Assembly: GCA_003280895.1 (NCBI GenBank)
Contig: QCDM01000005.1
Span: 1,296-65,295 of the forward strand
DNA length: 64,000 nt
Reading direction: 5' to 3'
DNA from: Prochlorococcus sp. AG-355-I20
GTDB lineage: Bacteria; Cyanobacteriota; Cyanobacteriia; PCC-6307; Cyanobiaceae
In this document: one piece after another, positions 21,003 through 30,931 of the stretch
How the letters are laid out: each line of letters begins with the position of its first letter
Numbering within the stretch: the first letter of the stretch is position 1
Notes under the pieces: generated by a model
The model's input: the letters and a program-made list of their open reading frames with translations, nothing else
Told to the model about the DNA's origin: nothing
Database searches by the model: none
Made by a program: the position numbers and the translations under genes

Positions 21003-21620
21003 TCAAGAAACTTTTCTGTAAATTATTGAAAAATTATTTGCAGGCATCCTAATAATATCCTCTTGAGAAAAACCATTTTTCTTATTCTCATCACAAACTT
21101 CCTCAAAATTTTTAATACCCCAAAGATTATTTTGCATTTTTAATGAATTATCAAAAAAATAATTACTTTCACTTGTATGCTTATTACAAATTTTAAATGG
21201 CCCATACAAAATCAAAAAGTTTCCCTTATGGAGTAATTTTCCTGACTCTCTAAAAAATGCTACAGTAAAAAACCACCGTTTTACATGAATCATATTTATA
21301 AAGACTATTCCTAGCAAAGAATGAGCTAATCTCAATGGAATTTTCCAAGGAATTTTTTCTACATCAATCTCAATATGCTGGGGCATTACCTTAGTTATGT
21401 CTTCATACTCAATCTAAGAACTTATACTTTTTCTATGTAGAAACTCTGGGTAACTTGTTTGCCAAATTATCCCAGGAAAGCGGTTTTGAAAAACCACTCC
21501 ATGTTCACCGCTGCCACTCCCGATTTCCATAACTGAACCTTTTTTATAATTCGGGATAATACATCACCAATGCATTCTCTATTTCTTTGAGTTGCCGAAA
21601 AAAAAAGTCTATTATCCAAA
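21003..21620 (-). pseudogene. DUF938 SAM-dependent methyltransferase pseudogene
   Basis: N-terminal 'ATQRNR...EIGSGSGEHG...WQTS' and C-terminal 'YGPF...MPANN' separated by an in-frame TAG (21414-21416); a frameshift also occurs near the 5' end. Confidence 0.8.
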
Positions 21621-21911
21621 ATTGGACGCTTCAGTAAAAATAAAAATTCTAAAATCCTTGATTATTTAACCTTTCTCAATTTAGGAGTATTGAAAAACAT
21701 TATTTTAAGGCTAAAGAATAATATTGAAATTGTAAGAGCAGGCAAGATATAAAGTATTAAATCAGAACTAATTAGAGAAGGAATCTTTCCAAAAATTAAA
21801 TGCATGTAGTATGTTTCGAATGACATAAATTCATATATATCTAATTTATTAATAGCAATTATTTGAATTATAAAAACTATTTTTAGTCAAAAACCAAAAA
21901 TGCTCAAAAAA

Positions 21912-21945
21912 AAGAGTCAGCCTGTATCCCTACTAGCTGACTCTT
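21912..21945 (-). terminator. Stem-loop plus U-tract (terminator or tiny sRNA)
   Basis: AAGAGTCAGC/GCTGACTCTT stem followed by a T-run on the minus strand. Confidence 0.55.
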
Positions 21946-22147
21946 GTAATATATTAATTTAAATTACTTCTAAATGAGGATATACCTTTTAAAAAATCAG
22001 AACAAAAATAAAAACATCGATAAAGTATATTTCGACACATATATGTAGCAGTTTTTTAATTTTCCTGATAAAGCGAGTAATAATCCCTGATTTTCTTCAC
22101 ATTATTAAATAATTATGTTATATTTATTAACAAATTACATAATCAAA

Positions 22148-22255
22148 ATGACTCCCGAAGCAGAACGTTTTAATGGTTGGGCGGCAATGTTAGGTTTTGT
22201 TGCAGCAGTTGGCGCATATGTCACAACTGGCCAGATCATTCCAGGTTGGTTCTAA
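22148..22255 (+). CDS. hli: High-light inducible protein, 35 aa (not in ORF track)
   Basis: MTPEAERFNGWAAMLGFVAAVGAYVTTGQIIPGWF. Confidence 0.95.
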   Translation: MTPEAERFNGWAAMLGFVAAVGAYVTTGQIIPGWF

Positions 22256-22395
22256 TGAAAAATAACGAACCAAAAATAGTTGAAAAAGAAAAAATCGTTG
22301 CTGAAAAGCTTAACGGTAGATTTGCAATGTTAGGTTTTGTTGCTTTAGTTGGAGCATATTTAACTACAGGTCAAATCATTCCTGGTTTTATCTAA
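22255..22395 (+). CDS. hli: High-light inducible protein, 46 aa (TAATG-coupled)
   Basis: AEKLNGRFAMLGF...TGQIIPGFI; the start is ATG 22255, not 22177. Confidence 0.95.
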   Translation: MKNNEPKIVEKEKIVAEKLNGRFAMLGFVALVGAYLTTGQIIPGFI

Positions 22396-23002
22396 CATAA
22401 ACTTTTTAATTTCCATGATTAAGTCTAATTTTAAATTAGGTTTTCTATGGAAATTTTTTTATAAAAAAAAGGCTTTATTTATTATTGCTTGAATAATCCT
22501 ATTTGCAACGAAAAAGTATGTTAAAAATCAGCATAAAAACACTAATCCTTTTTAAAGTAGATTCAAGGTTTTTGGGTTAATTTTTTAATCTATATTCGCG
22601 GGAGATAAATCAAACTAAAAAAGTTTATTAGCAACAATATGAAATAACATATTTTTTTTTTTCTCCCAGAAAGCTGAATAAGAAAAATTAATTATTTAAA
22701 AAACATTTTAAAAAAATATTAATTAGATTATTTTTCTCATTTAAAACTTAAATTTATTCTTTAATTGATGCTATCTTTATCGAGATAATTAGAAATTTAA
22801 TGAGAGTGAAACTTGAACCGGAGACTGCGTTTATTGGCAGAAAGTTTGCTTATATATTTCTAGGCATAATATTTGGCTTAAATGCCATAACTTTTATTTG
22901 GTTTTTCTTTTTTTCAAATTTACAATAAAATCGAAATTCCACTTTTAATAGTATTAAATAATAAAGCTTAAACTATAAGTTATTAAAACAATTACTTAAA
23001 AA

Positions 23003-23212
23003 CTAAAAGATTCCCGGAATGATCTGTCCAGTAGTTACATAAGCACCTAATAAAGCAATGAAACCAATCATAGCCCATCTGCCGTTTACTTTTTCTGCAT
23101 TTTGAGGGTATCCATCGTAAGACACAGTTTCATCAATATAAGGTCTAGTTTCTGATGGAAACATATTCTGTCTTCCACCTGATTCTGTAGTTACTCCTGA
23201 GTTTGTCATCAA
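23003..23212 (-). CDS. hli: High-light inducible protein
   Basis: AEKVNGRWAMIGF...TGQIIPGIF. Confidence 0.95.
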   Translation of the reverse strand: MMTNSGVTTESGGRQNMFPSETRPYIDETVSYDGYPQNAEKVNGRWAMIGFIALLGAYVTTGQIIPGIF

Positions 23213-23489
23213 AAATATAATAATTGTTAATTAAAGTAACACAAATATTAACTTATGTAAACCGAAATCTCCAATAATTTCCTCTTGATATTTTATAACA
23301 GGTCAATATGTGACATTTCTGTTTAAAAATTAACAAATCCATTTTTTAATCAAATCACTTTTTATTATCAAATTCGCAATCAATTATTATTAATAAGCAT
23401 TTATACTCACAGTAAGTAATTTTACTTAGTAGAGTATTTGTAGCATTTAGGAAGTGCTTAGCTGGTTAAATCAGAAATCTGAATTAACT

Positions 23490-23535
23490 AGGTCGTCATG
23501 AGCTTGCAGGTGGGATACTTGCAAGCTCTTTCAAT
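23490..23535 (+). ncRNA. Candidate sRNA or terminator hairpin
   Basis: GAGCTTGCAGGT-GGGAT-ACTTGCAAGCTC then TTT; GC-rich in an AT-rich spacer with no obvious upstream CDS. Confidence 0.4.
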
Positions 23536-24201
23536 TTTAAAAGCAAGCAAATATATTAAGCATACAGATAGTTATTTAATCTATCGAAAAATAATCTTCG
23601 AGTTAAGCGACTTATGTCAAAATTTTTTTTATTTGCTAAATAGAAAATAGACTTAACAAAATTTATGTCTTTAGATTTTATTCTCATACCATCTTGTATT
23701 TTGATTATCCTTTTTCTTTTAAATCGAGAAAATATTATCTACAAAAAAAAACAAAAAGTTAAATAAATCATTTTTCTAAAAAAATCTAAATTCTAAAGAT
23801 CTAGAGATCGTAAAACTTATTTTTTTTCTAAAAATAGTTTTCAAAACAAATACTTTTATTAAAGTTTGAAAACCTTAGAGAAGGTAGTAGAGAAACTATA
23901 CTAACTTTTTTCTCAAAATTAATTTGTCCCAATACAGTTTTGCATTATTAATTTGATTTAGTTTTTGTTGGCAGTGAATGCAATTGCAATCGTATTTTAA
24001 AGTTTTATTTTTCATGCTTTAGCTCTTTTTTTTAAAGAAACCAAATTTCTTATGTTATTGCAAGTGTTAATAAATTATCTTTCTAATTTTTAATTGAAAT
24101 TTAAAGAATTAAAATATTTTTAACTATCAATTCTATATTGGTTTCTATATCATGGATATTTTATAATATTAAAAAAGGCATTAAAAAAAAATAAATCTCT
24201 T

Positions 24202-25407
24202 TTGAAACTTGCACATCAATCACTAATTAAAAAAACTATTAATAAAATAATCTCTCCTTGGTATTTACTCCCCTTAATAGATAGATGGGTATTAGGTCAA
24301 ATAGTACCCCCCATGATATTTGCAATTTCTGCTTTTACAGTTATTTCATTATCAGTTGGGGTAATGTTTGATCTTATAAGGAAAATAGTTGAATATGGTT
24401 TACCTTTATTTTTAGCTTTAAAAGTTCTTTTTTTTAGTTTACCCAGTTTTTTAGTCTTATCATTCCCTATGGCAGTTTTACTTTCAACATTATTAGCCTA
24501 TGGAAAATTATCAAGCAATTCTGAATTACTGGCATTGAAATCTTTGGGTATAAAAACTTCAAGAATTATTTCTCCAGCTATTGCTCTTTCAATATTTATG
24601 ACTGGGTTGACTTTTTATTTTAATGATAATTTAGTACCCAGAAGTAATAAATTGGCCGAAACTACATTAAGAGCAGGCATAGGAAGTTCTTTCAGTAGCG
24701 AGACAAGGAAATCTAATATTATGTTTTCTAGATATGGGTCAAGGATAAATGCTTCAACAAAAAAACCAACAGAAAAAAATACTTATCTTACTCATATATT
24801 TTATGCCTCAAAGTATGAAAACCAAATCATGAATGATGTTACAGTTTTAGACTTTTCAAGAGAAGATTTTCAACAAATCTTAAAGTCAAAAAATGGAAAA
24901 TTTGATAAAAAAAGTTCTTCTTGGATATTTTCTGAAGGAAGTATTTTATCAATTAATCCAAGCGGAGAAACTACAAAAATTCAATTTAAAGAATATAAAT
25001 ATCCATTTGTTGAAGGACCTATGAAGTTGGCAAAAGTGCCTAGGGATGCAAATGAAATGACTTTAAAGCAGGCTATTCAAGCACAAAAGATTTATGAAAA
25101 AACTAGAAACTTGAAGGAGATAAGAAGAATAAAAGTCCGTATTCAAGAAAAATTCACTTTACCTTTTGCATGCTTGGTCTTTGGTTTAATAGGAAGCAGT
25201 CTTGGATCTAAATCTAATTTAAGATCTTCAAAAAGTCAGGGATTTGGATTGAGCGTAATTCTTATATTAATTTATTACGTTATGTCATTTTTATTTAGTT
25301 CGTTCGGAGTAAAGGGTATTTTACCTCCAATTTTTGCTGCATGGTTACCTGTCTTAATTTCTCTTGGAGGTGGAATTTATTTATTAAGAAAATCAAGTAC
25401 CTTTTAA
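24202..25407 (+). CDS. LptF/LptG (YjgP/YjgQ) permease
   Basis: 'IDRW...PMAVLLSTLLAYGKLSSNSELLAL...KFTLPFACLVF'. Confidence 0.9.
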   Translation: MKLAHQSLIKKTINKIISPWYLLPLIDRWVLGQIVPPMIFAISAFTVISLSVGVMFDLIRKIVEYGLPLFLALKVLFFSLPSFLVLSFPMAVLLSTLLAYGKLSSNSELLALKSLGIKTSRIISPAIALSIFMTGLTFYFNDNLVPRSNKLAETTLRAGIGSSFSSETRKSNIMFSRYGSRINASTKKPTEKNTYLTHIFYASKYENQIMNDVTVLDFSREDFQQILKSKNGKFDKKSSSWIFSEGSILSINPSGETTKIQFKEYKYPFVEGPMKLAKVPRDANEMTLKQAIQAQKIYEKTRNLKEIRRIKVRIQEKFTLPFACLVFGLIGSSLGSKSNLRSSKSQGFGLSVILILIYYVMSFLFSSFGVKGILPPIFAAWLPVLISLGGGIYLLRKSSTF

Positions 25408-25478
25408 TATTTTAAGCACATAAATAAGATTATACGTATTTAACAAAATTCTTTTATGAGTAAATGATTATTAGATCT

Positions 25479-26063
25479 TTATTTCCCATTTATTTTTTGA
25501 TAACCATACCAATCAGGATAGTTGTTTTCTTGAATAAAGTTATTATCTGGAGTTAATTCTATTTGCCAATTACCTACCTTTTTTATTTGTTCACAATCAT
25601 CGCAACTAATTATCATTTCTAAAGAAGCAAGATCATCTTTATGCTTTTTTTTACAGTCAATAAGCCATTTAGATTTAGCTATATTTTTTGCCTCTAATTT
25701 AGTTGAAGCCGCAACCAATCCAAACTCATGTTTTTCCTGCATAGAATTTGGATTATATCCTCCAATATTGACAAACCATAAACGGGGTTTTGCCTTATTT
25801 TTTTTTGCTAATTGCTTCATATCTATTTTATCTTTTTCAAAATATATTAAATTAATCTTATAGCCATCTACATATTTTATTTTTTTATAGCTATCAATAT
25901 GCAAACCTTGTGGAGATCCAAACCAATCCTTTCTTAAAGTATCGTATGTATCCTCAATTTTAGATCCAACAACCCATCTAACGTCATGTAGTTCAATATT
26001 AGCTTTTTTTGCCTTTCCCCCAAGCACGACTAAATAAAGAAAAATATTTTCCAATTTTTTCAC
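25479..26063 (-). CDS. DUF1543 family protein
   Basis: 'LGG...NIELHDV...GLHIDSY...LWFVNIGGY...EKHEF'. Confidence 0.85.
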   Translation of the reverse strand: MKKLENIFLYLVVLGGKAKKANIELHDVRWVVGSKIEDTYDTLRKDWFGSPQGLHIDSYKKIKYVDGYKINLIYFEKDKIDMKQLAKKNKAKPRLWFVNIGGYNPNSMQEKHEFGLVAASTKLEAKNIAKSKWLIDCKKKHKDDLASLEMIISCDDCEQIKKVGNWQIELTPDNNFIQENNYPDWYGYQKINGK

Positions 26064-26641
26064 TTTTAATAAATAAAAATTATTATTTGAATTAAGCTTA
26101 AATTATCAACAATCACATTTCATATTATTTTTACTAATTCAAATAGTCAATTAATTGAACCAACCTTTTTTCTTTTCTTTAACTTTTGGTGAAGTCTGAA
26201 TCTTAGTCTCATCGTCTACTCTACCTTTAATAATCATTAAGGGTACTATTGCCCATAGAGCTAAAAATAATATCCAGAATAGATAAATGTTCATACTATT
26301 AAAAATCAATAAAATCATAATAAAATTAATTAAATATGATTCGTGAGTTTCTTTTTAAAGTTCTAATTTAGATGTATAATCAGATATTTATTTTTAAGAA
26401 AATCAAATTAAAATGTCTAAAAAATTCTATATAAATAATGAAAAGTTGCCTAAAAAAATTTTAAAAAGTAGAAATTAGAAATTTTTATCAGGCAATTAAA
26501 ATAATCGCACTCAACAAAACCACTGCTTTGCTTCAGGATGTGTAGAGTGCATTTTTATAATGACACGATAAATTTTTTTTCGTGAATATTTTAAATCAAC
26601 CTAAATTTTTTATAAAATAAACATAGAGAAGTTAAAAGTTA

Positions 26642-26797
26642 TTGAAAAAATGTGATCTATGCTATAAGCCAGATAAAATTCATTACAGAGTTAAATCCAT
26701 AATTTATATAGACTGGATTTTTTGTTGTAAAGAATGCTGGAATCTAATTTCTACACATAAAGATTATTCCTACGGTGGAACAAGAAAGTCAAAATAA
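26642..26797 (+). CDS. 51-aa CxxC...CxxCW microprotein, putatively Zn-binding
   Basis: TTG start; KKCDLC...YRV...WIFCCKECW...YGGTRKSK. Confidence 0.55.
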   Translation: MKKCDLCYKPDKIHYRVKSIIYIDWIFCCKECWNLISTHKDYSYGGTRKSK

Positions 26798-26829
26798 ATT
26801 AATTTTATTAGAAAAAAGTTTTTTACTTT

Positions 26830-27306
26830 CTAAAAAAAATCATTAATTTCTTTTTTTATAGATTTATATTCTAAATTTATTCCTTTAATAAATTCATCTA
26901 CTTCTTTTTTAGTATCCTTATATTCATTTATTTTTAGTTTGGTTCTCTGATAGAAAATTGATTCAAATTTTCCTGGACTTACCTCCTCTATCCAATATCC
27001 TGCTAAACAATAAATTTTGTTTGGAACAAAATTAATAATAAATAATTTTTTGGAATCTTTATATTGATCAATTATCTTATTAGCAAAAGTGCCTTTAGTT
27101 TTTTTAATCCCAAATAGAGCAAAATCTTTTGCTAAACGCCTAAAATTATTAGATAGATTCTTATTTTTTTCTACTGTATTTCTAGAAATTATTTTTTCTA
27201 AAGAATAACAATAATCCAAAATATTAGTATTTTCTTTTTTTGAAGGATATATAGTTATGAGGGAACTAAAAAGTAAAAAAGAAGTGAAAAGAAATTTTTT
27301 AAACAT
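26830..27306 (-). CDS. Hypothetical exported protein
   Basis: Signal-peptide-like N-terminus, 158 aa. Confidence 0.6.
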   Translation of the reverse strand: MFKKFLFTSFLLFSSLITIYPSKKENTNILDYCYSLEKIISRNTVEKNKNLSNNFRRLAKDFALFGIKKTKGTFANKIIDQYKDSKKLFIINFVPNKIYCLAGYWIEEVSPGKFESIFYQRTKLKINEYKDTKKEVDEFIKGINLEYKSIKKEINDFF

Positions 27307-27474
27307 TTATTTTAATTGGATTTATTATTTCATAAATATAAAAAGACAATTCATAAATTTCCATTAATTACCTTAACAAGATTCATATAAATTAAAAGAT
27401 TTCTATTAATTAAGCAAAGCTTCTTTGAGAAAAATTTCAAAGTATTTCAGACTGATTAAGTATTTATCAAACGA

Positions 27475-27882
27475 ATGAAATTTTTTTCTTATGATAAGGT
27501 AATGAAAATTTCTTTTTTGAAAAATAAAAGGATCAAATCTTTTTTAGATTTTTTTTCAAGAGTATCAATTTCAGCAATATTTATCTCAGCCATACCTGGC
27601 AAAATAAATGATTTTGAAAAAACGGTTGAATATATTTCTTCAAAAGGCATTCCTGAACCAATTGCATCTATTCTTCTAGTGGGAGCAATTATATGTCTTA
27701 TCTTAGGTTCTGGATTTTTTATATTTGGAGAAAAACAAAAAATTGGTTCAGTCTTTTTATTACTATTTCTTATTCCAACAACAATAATTTTTCATGTATT
27801 CCCTTTCCATCAAAGAGCAGTATTTATTAATCTCGGATTGATAGGTGGATTAATTATTACTGCAATAAGGGAAACAAAATAA
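27475..27882 (+). CDS. DoxX family membrane protein
   Basis: 'RV.ISAIF....GKI..F...KGIP...FLIPTT..FH...NLGLIGGL'. Confidence 0.8.
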   Translation: MKFFSYDKVMKISFLKNKRIKSFLDFFSRVSISAIFISAIPGKINDFEKTVEYISSKGIPEPIASILLVGAIICLILGSGFFIFGEKQKIGSVFLLLFLIPTTIIFHVFPFHQRAVFINLGLIGGLIITAIRETK

Positions 27883-27891
27883 ATAATTTAA

Positions 27892-28104
27892 TTAAAGAAA
27901 ACTAAATATTTTTTTTCCATCTCTTAATTCTGGGAAGCAATTCGCGATATGAATTAATTCGTAAACCTCTTTGCTATCGTATTTTTTATTAGGAATTCCA
28001 CTTCCTACCTCTATTCCTTTTTCTTTCATCTTCTTTAATATCAATTCTTGTCTTTGCAAACTTGACATAGACTTAAATCTTTTAGTTCGTTCTTCTTTAT
28101 TCAC
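27892..28104 (-). CDS. Hypothetical protein
   Basis: 70-aa ORF. Confidence 0.5.
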   Translation of the reverse strand: MNKEERTKRFKSMSSLQRQELILKKMKEKGIEVGSGIPNKKYDSKEVYELIHIANCFPELRDGKKIFSFL

Positions 28105-28390
28105 TAGATCTTAATTTAGTTAAATTTTATTGTTAAGGATATATCAATTAGCGATTCATTAAATAAGTAAGAAAACCAGTAAAAGTAAGTAATTTAAATC
28201 CAATAAAGAAAGGTAAATATTTTTTGACCTTTTTGCCAACGGGCAATAATTTGTTTAATGAATTGATCATGATTAACATTAAAATCTTATTTTTTTAAAC
28301 ATCTTAACGAAATTTCTTTAAAATTATCCAATTTCGATTTGTACATTTTAAACAATAGTTCTATCCTAGAAGAATTACTTTCCTTTTCTT

Positions 28391-28777
28391 ATGAATGATA
28401 AAGAAACAATAATTTCATTATTAAGTGAGTTTGCTAATCCAAAAAAAATGGCCTCATTTTTTGTTAACAATGCGACTTCAGATTTTTTATTCATAAGACC
28501 GAGTGGAAATCCTTTAGATGCAAAAGGGTTCGAACAAATGATTTCTGGTGATATAGTTCAAGAAAAGGCAGAAATAACCAAAATTCACCGATTCGAATTT
28601 TTAAGCGAAAATATAGTAATGTGCATTTTTACATTAGGTTCAAAATTTACTTACAAAGGAACACCTAATGACGACTTACCAACAGTTACGTCAATTTTTA
28701 AAAAAGTAAATAATGTTTGGAAAATTCACTGGATGCAAAGATCTACAGGAAATTCGGATTTATCTTTATGGGATTAG
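28391..28777 (+). CDS. DUF3804 (NTF2-like) protein
   Basis: 'FLFIRPSGNP...KFTYKGTPNDD...WMQRSTG'. Confidence 0.8.
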   Translation: MNDKETIISLLSEFANPKKMASFFVNNATSDFLFIRPSGNPLDAKGFEQMISGDIVQEKAEITKIHRFEFLSENIVMCIFTLGSKFTYKGTPNDDLPTVTSIFKKVNNVWKIHWMQRSTGNSDLSLWD

Positions 28778-29252
28778 CAAAGTTAATAGCACTTTTAATG
28801 GTGCTACTACTTGTAGGAAGTTCTTTTGTTGGTTTAATTTTGTATTTTATAAAATAAATAGATCAAATAAATAATACCCACTGACCATTTCTTGTTTAGA
28901 AAAAAATTGCTTCTATTTTACTAAGTAATTTGATTTTCAGGTAAAAATAAAAACTTTAGACAGACTCACGCCTATATCTAAAGCTAATATAGCAATTAGT
29001 AACTTACTCATTTTTTAGAACTCTCAACTATTTTTTTGTAAAGTTCTTCAGAAATAGGTTGCATAACATTTTAAAAAGTTAATTAAAAAATAGTTTTTTT
29101 AAAATAAATTTCTCGTTACTAAATATACGAATATATGAATTTTTAAATAGGCAAAAAATATATTCACTATAAGTTATTCTTATAAAGTATTAATAAATAC
29201 TTAATCCAAAAAAGTCAATAAATGTCCATTTTTTTTTAAGAAATTAGAAATC

Positions 29253-29354
29253 TTATTTCAAGTAAATAGATCCTCTATAAGTAAGCTTTATAATCTTTTC
29301 TTCTTGTTTTCTACAATATACGAATGACTTTCCATTGAAATACATGTTTACCAT
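29253..29354 (-). CDS. 33-aa DUF4278-like peptide under riboswitch control (not in ORF track)
   Basis: MVNMYFNGKSFVYCRKQEEKIIKLTYRGSIYLK with LTYRG motif; AGGAG SD upstream. Confidence 0.85.
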   Translation of the reverse strand: MVNMYFNGKSFVYCRKQEEKIIKLTYRGSIYLK

Positions 29355-29372
29355 GATGCAGCTCCTGAACTT

Positions 29373-29435
29373 GCTCAAGTCCCCGTCCTATGGCTTGAGT
29401 CGTACTGCGGTCTATCAGATGGTAGATCGGACGAT
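29373..29435 (-). ncRNA. Glutamine-II (Downstream-peptide) riboswitch
   Basis: ATCGTCC...CGCAGTACGACTCAAGCCATAGGACGGGGACTTGAGC; CGTCC/GGACG and CTCAAG/CTTGAG pairings; lies directly upstream of an LTYRG peptide. Confidence 0.85.
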
Positions 29436-29438
29436 TTT

Positions 29439-29452
29439 GTAGTATTCACTAC
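29439..29452. promoter_or_regulatory. NtcA box overlapping the predicted TSS (likely repressive)
   Basis: (T)GTA-GTATTCAC-TAC(A); minus-strand TTGACA-17-TATAAA promoter just upstream (29487-29459). Confidence 0.75.
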
Positions 29453-29490
29453 AATCTATTTATAAAGTATTTATACTTAGATGTCAACAA

Positions 29491-29637
29491 TTAATAGAAA
29501 CTAAACTTCAATTTAAAAGTAGATTCGGCTCTCATATACTCCCGAACAAGAATATAGAACATATAACTACGAGTAACTCCCATAAAAACTGAAACAAATG
29601 CGAGAACCACACAAATAGGGCAATGGGGGAATCCCAT
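29491..29637 (-). CDS. 48-aa membrane microprotein with HCPIC motif
   Basis: MGFPHCPICVVLAFVSVFMGVTR...KFSFY. Confidence 0.5.
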   Translation of the reverse strand: MGFPHCPICVVLAFVSVFMGVTRSYMFYILVREYMRAESTFKLKFSFY

Positions 29638-29958
29638 TATTTATTTTCCAATATAAATTTCAATTCAGTCTCTGCATTAAGGATATCGATTCTTCTCTTG
29701 AGCAGTTTAAAAAATTTAATTATTTTTTTCAAGATTTAACCTTCTTTAGGCATCAATAATATTATTTAAGAATGAATATATCAATGAGCAAAAATACTGA
29801 AGCCATTGATTTAACAAAAGCTTCATAGCAACTTTATACAATAAACAACGCCAACATATGCTCAGATACTCTTGCTCAATTAACTTATTCAGAGTCAAAT
29901 ATAAAAATTGGCGATCTAGTTACCTTGCAGTGCTATTTTTCTTTTGCTAAAAAAATAG

Positions 29959-30162
29959 AGCGGACTAAAGTCCAATACTCCACGAGGATTTAGTCCGCTG
30001 CTTAAAGCCTGAGAGTGCAAATTTTTCTTAATTAATATGCAAGTATGCTTTATGAGGTAAATATCTTAATTGCGTAATAAATTTATTTTGTATATTGCTA
30101 TTACAAAAATGATGAGTTTATTTAAATAAGTTACTAAATCCTCGTGGAGAAAGCTTTAGTAA
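29959..30162. repeat. Two inverted hairpin elements sharing a 17-nt core (candidate divergent sRNA pair)
   Basis: ACTAAATCCTCGTGGAG on the minus strand at 29994-29978 and the plus strand at 30133-30149, each within a stem closed by TTTAGT. Confidence 0.6.
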
Positions 30163-30408
30163 ATTTCTTTTATTGGTTACTGATAAGATCAGCCGAATCT
30201 CATTATGGAGAATCATTTGTATCTGTAGAAGTTCCATCTAATTCAATCAAAAGTTTTTCTTGATTTTAGAAAGTTTTTAATACTTAAATTCATAGCTTTC
30301 TGAAAATTGAATAACTAATTTGAGTTAAGTTGGTTAATTATCTCTATTGCAAATAAAGATAAGGTTGTTAATCTTGCACTTAAAGAAGAAACTTAATTTC
30401 TCAAACTG

Positions 30409-30618
30409 ATGCAATTTGATCACTTAAATTTCAAAGAAGATGATGGCCTCATGTCTATAGAAGATTTAAGGGCTTTACGTCTTCGTAAAAAGAAAATTGA
30501 AAGTGATAAGAAAGCTAGAAAGTATATCCTGGATATAAATCAAAGATATAGAAAAATGAGTACCCGCAAAAGTAATAACTTTTTAAGGAACATGAACCCT
30601 TTTAAAAAGGCCGCATAA
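30409..30618 (+). CDS. Basic hypothetical protein
   Basis: 69-aa ORF with ATG start. Confidence 0.55.
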   Translation: MQFDHLNFKEDDGLMSIEDLRALRLRKKKIESDKKARKYILDINQRYRKMSTRKSNNFLRNMNPFKKAA

Positions 30619-30678
30619 ATTGTTAATCTTGATTTTGTTAATTTGTTTAACTTTGCGACTTTCAGAGTAAGATTTAAA

Positions 30679-30733
30679 TGGTGTTTCTTTGGAAGAGTTT
30701 CACCAAGAGGGGCCAATTTTTGGCCCCTTCTTT
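30679..30733 (+). ncRNA. Candidate sRNA with intrinsic terminator
   Basis: TAAGAT -10 box at 30668; TGGTG/CACCA stem, then GAGGGGCCAA/TTGGCCCCTTC hairpin. Confidence 0.45.
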
Positions 30734-30931
30734 GCTGAGATATTTTTTAATTGAAACTCGTTATAAAATTAAAGTAATACTTTCCTAGAAGGCGAAAGTG
30801 ATGTAAATCTTTTGTTTAAAGTTTTTATTACCACTTAATGAAAACTCTATATCTTCAACTAAATCCTCTTATTAAAAAAACAAAAGTTTTAGCTTATGGA
30901 CCATTTCCCATAATTTATTGAAATTTTTCAT

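Noticed and set aside
22177-22254. N-terminal extension of the ORF-track hli
   Set aside because: It is an alternative frame of the upstream 35-aa hli; the real start is ATG 22255.
26480-26560. Possible further Cx8C-type peptide remnant (minus strand, 'THPEAKQW')
   Set aside because: No clean ORF with both cysteines; too degraded to support.
28950-28985. CTTTAGA/TCTAAAG hairpin with an ACTCAC-containing loop
   Set aside because: Short AT-rich stem with no promoter or terminator support.
29187-29200. GTA-TTAATAAA-TAC NtcA-like match
   Set aside because: All-AT spacer and no clear target promoter; likely chance.
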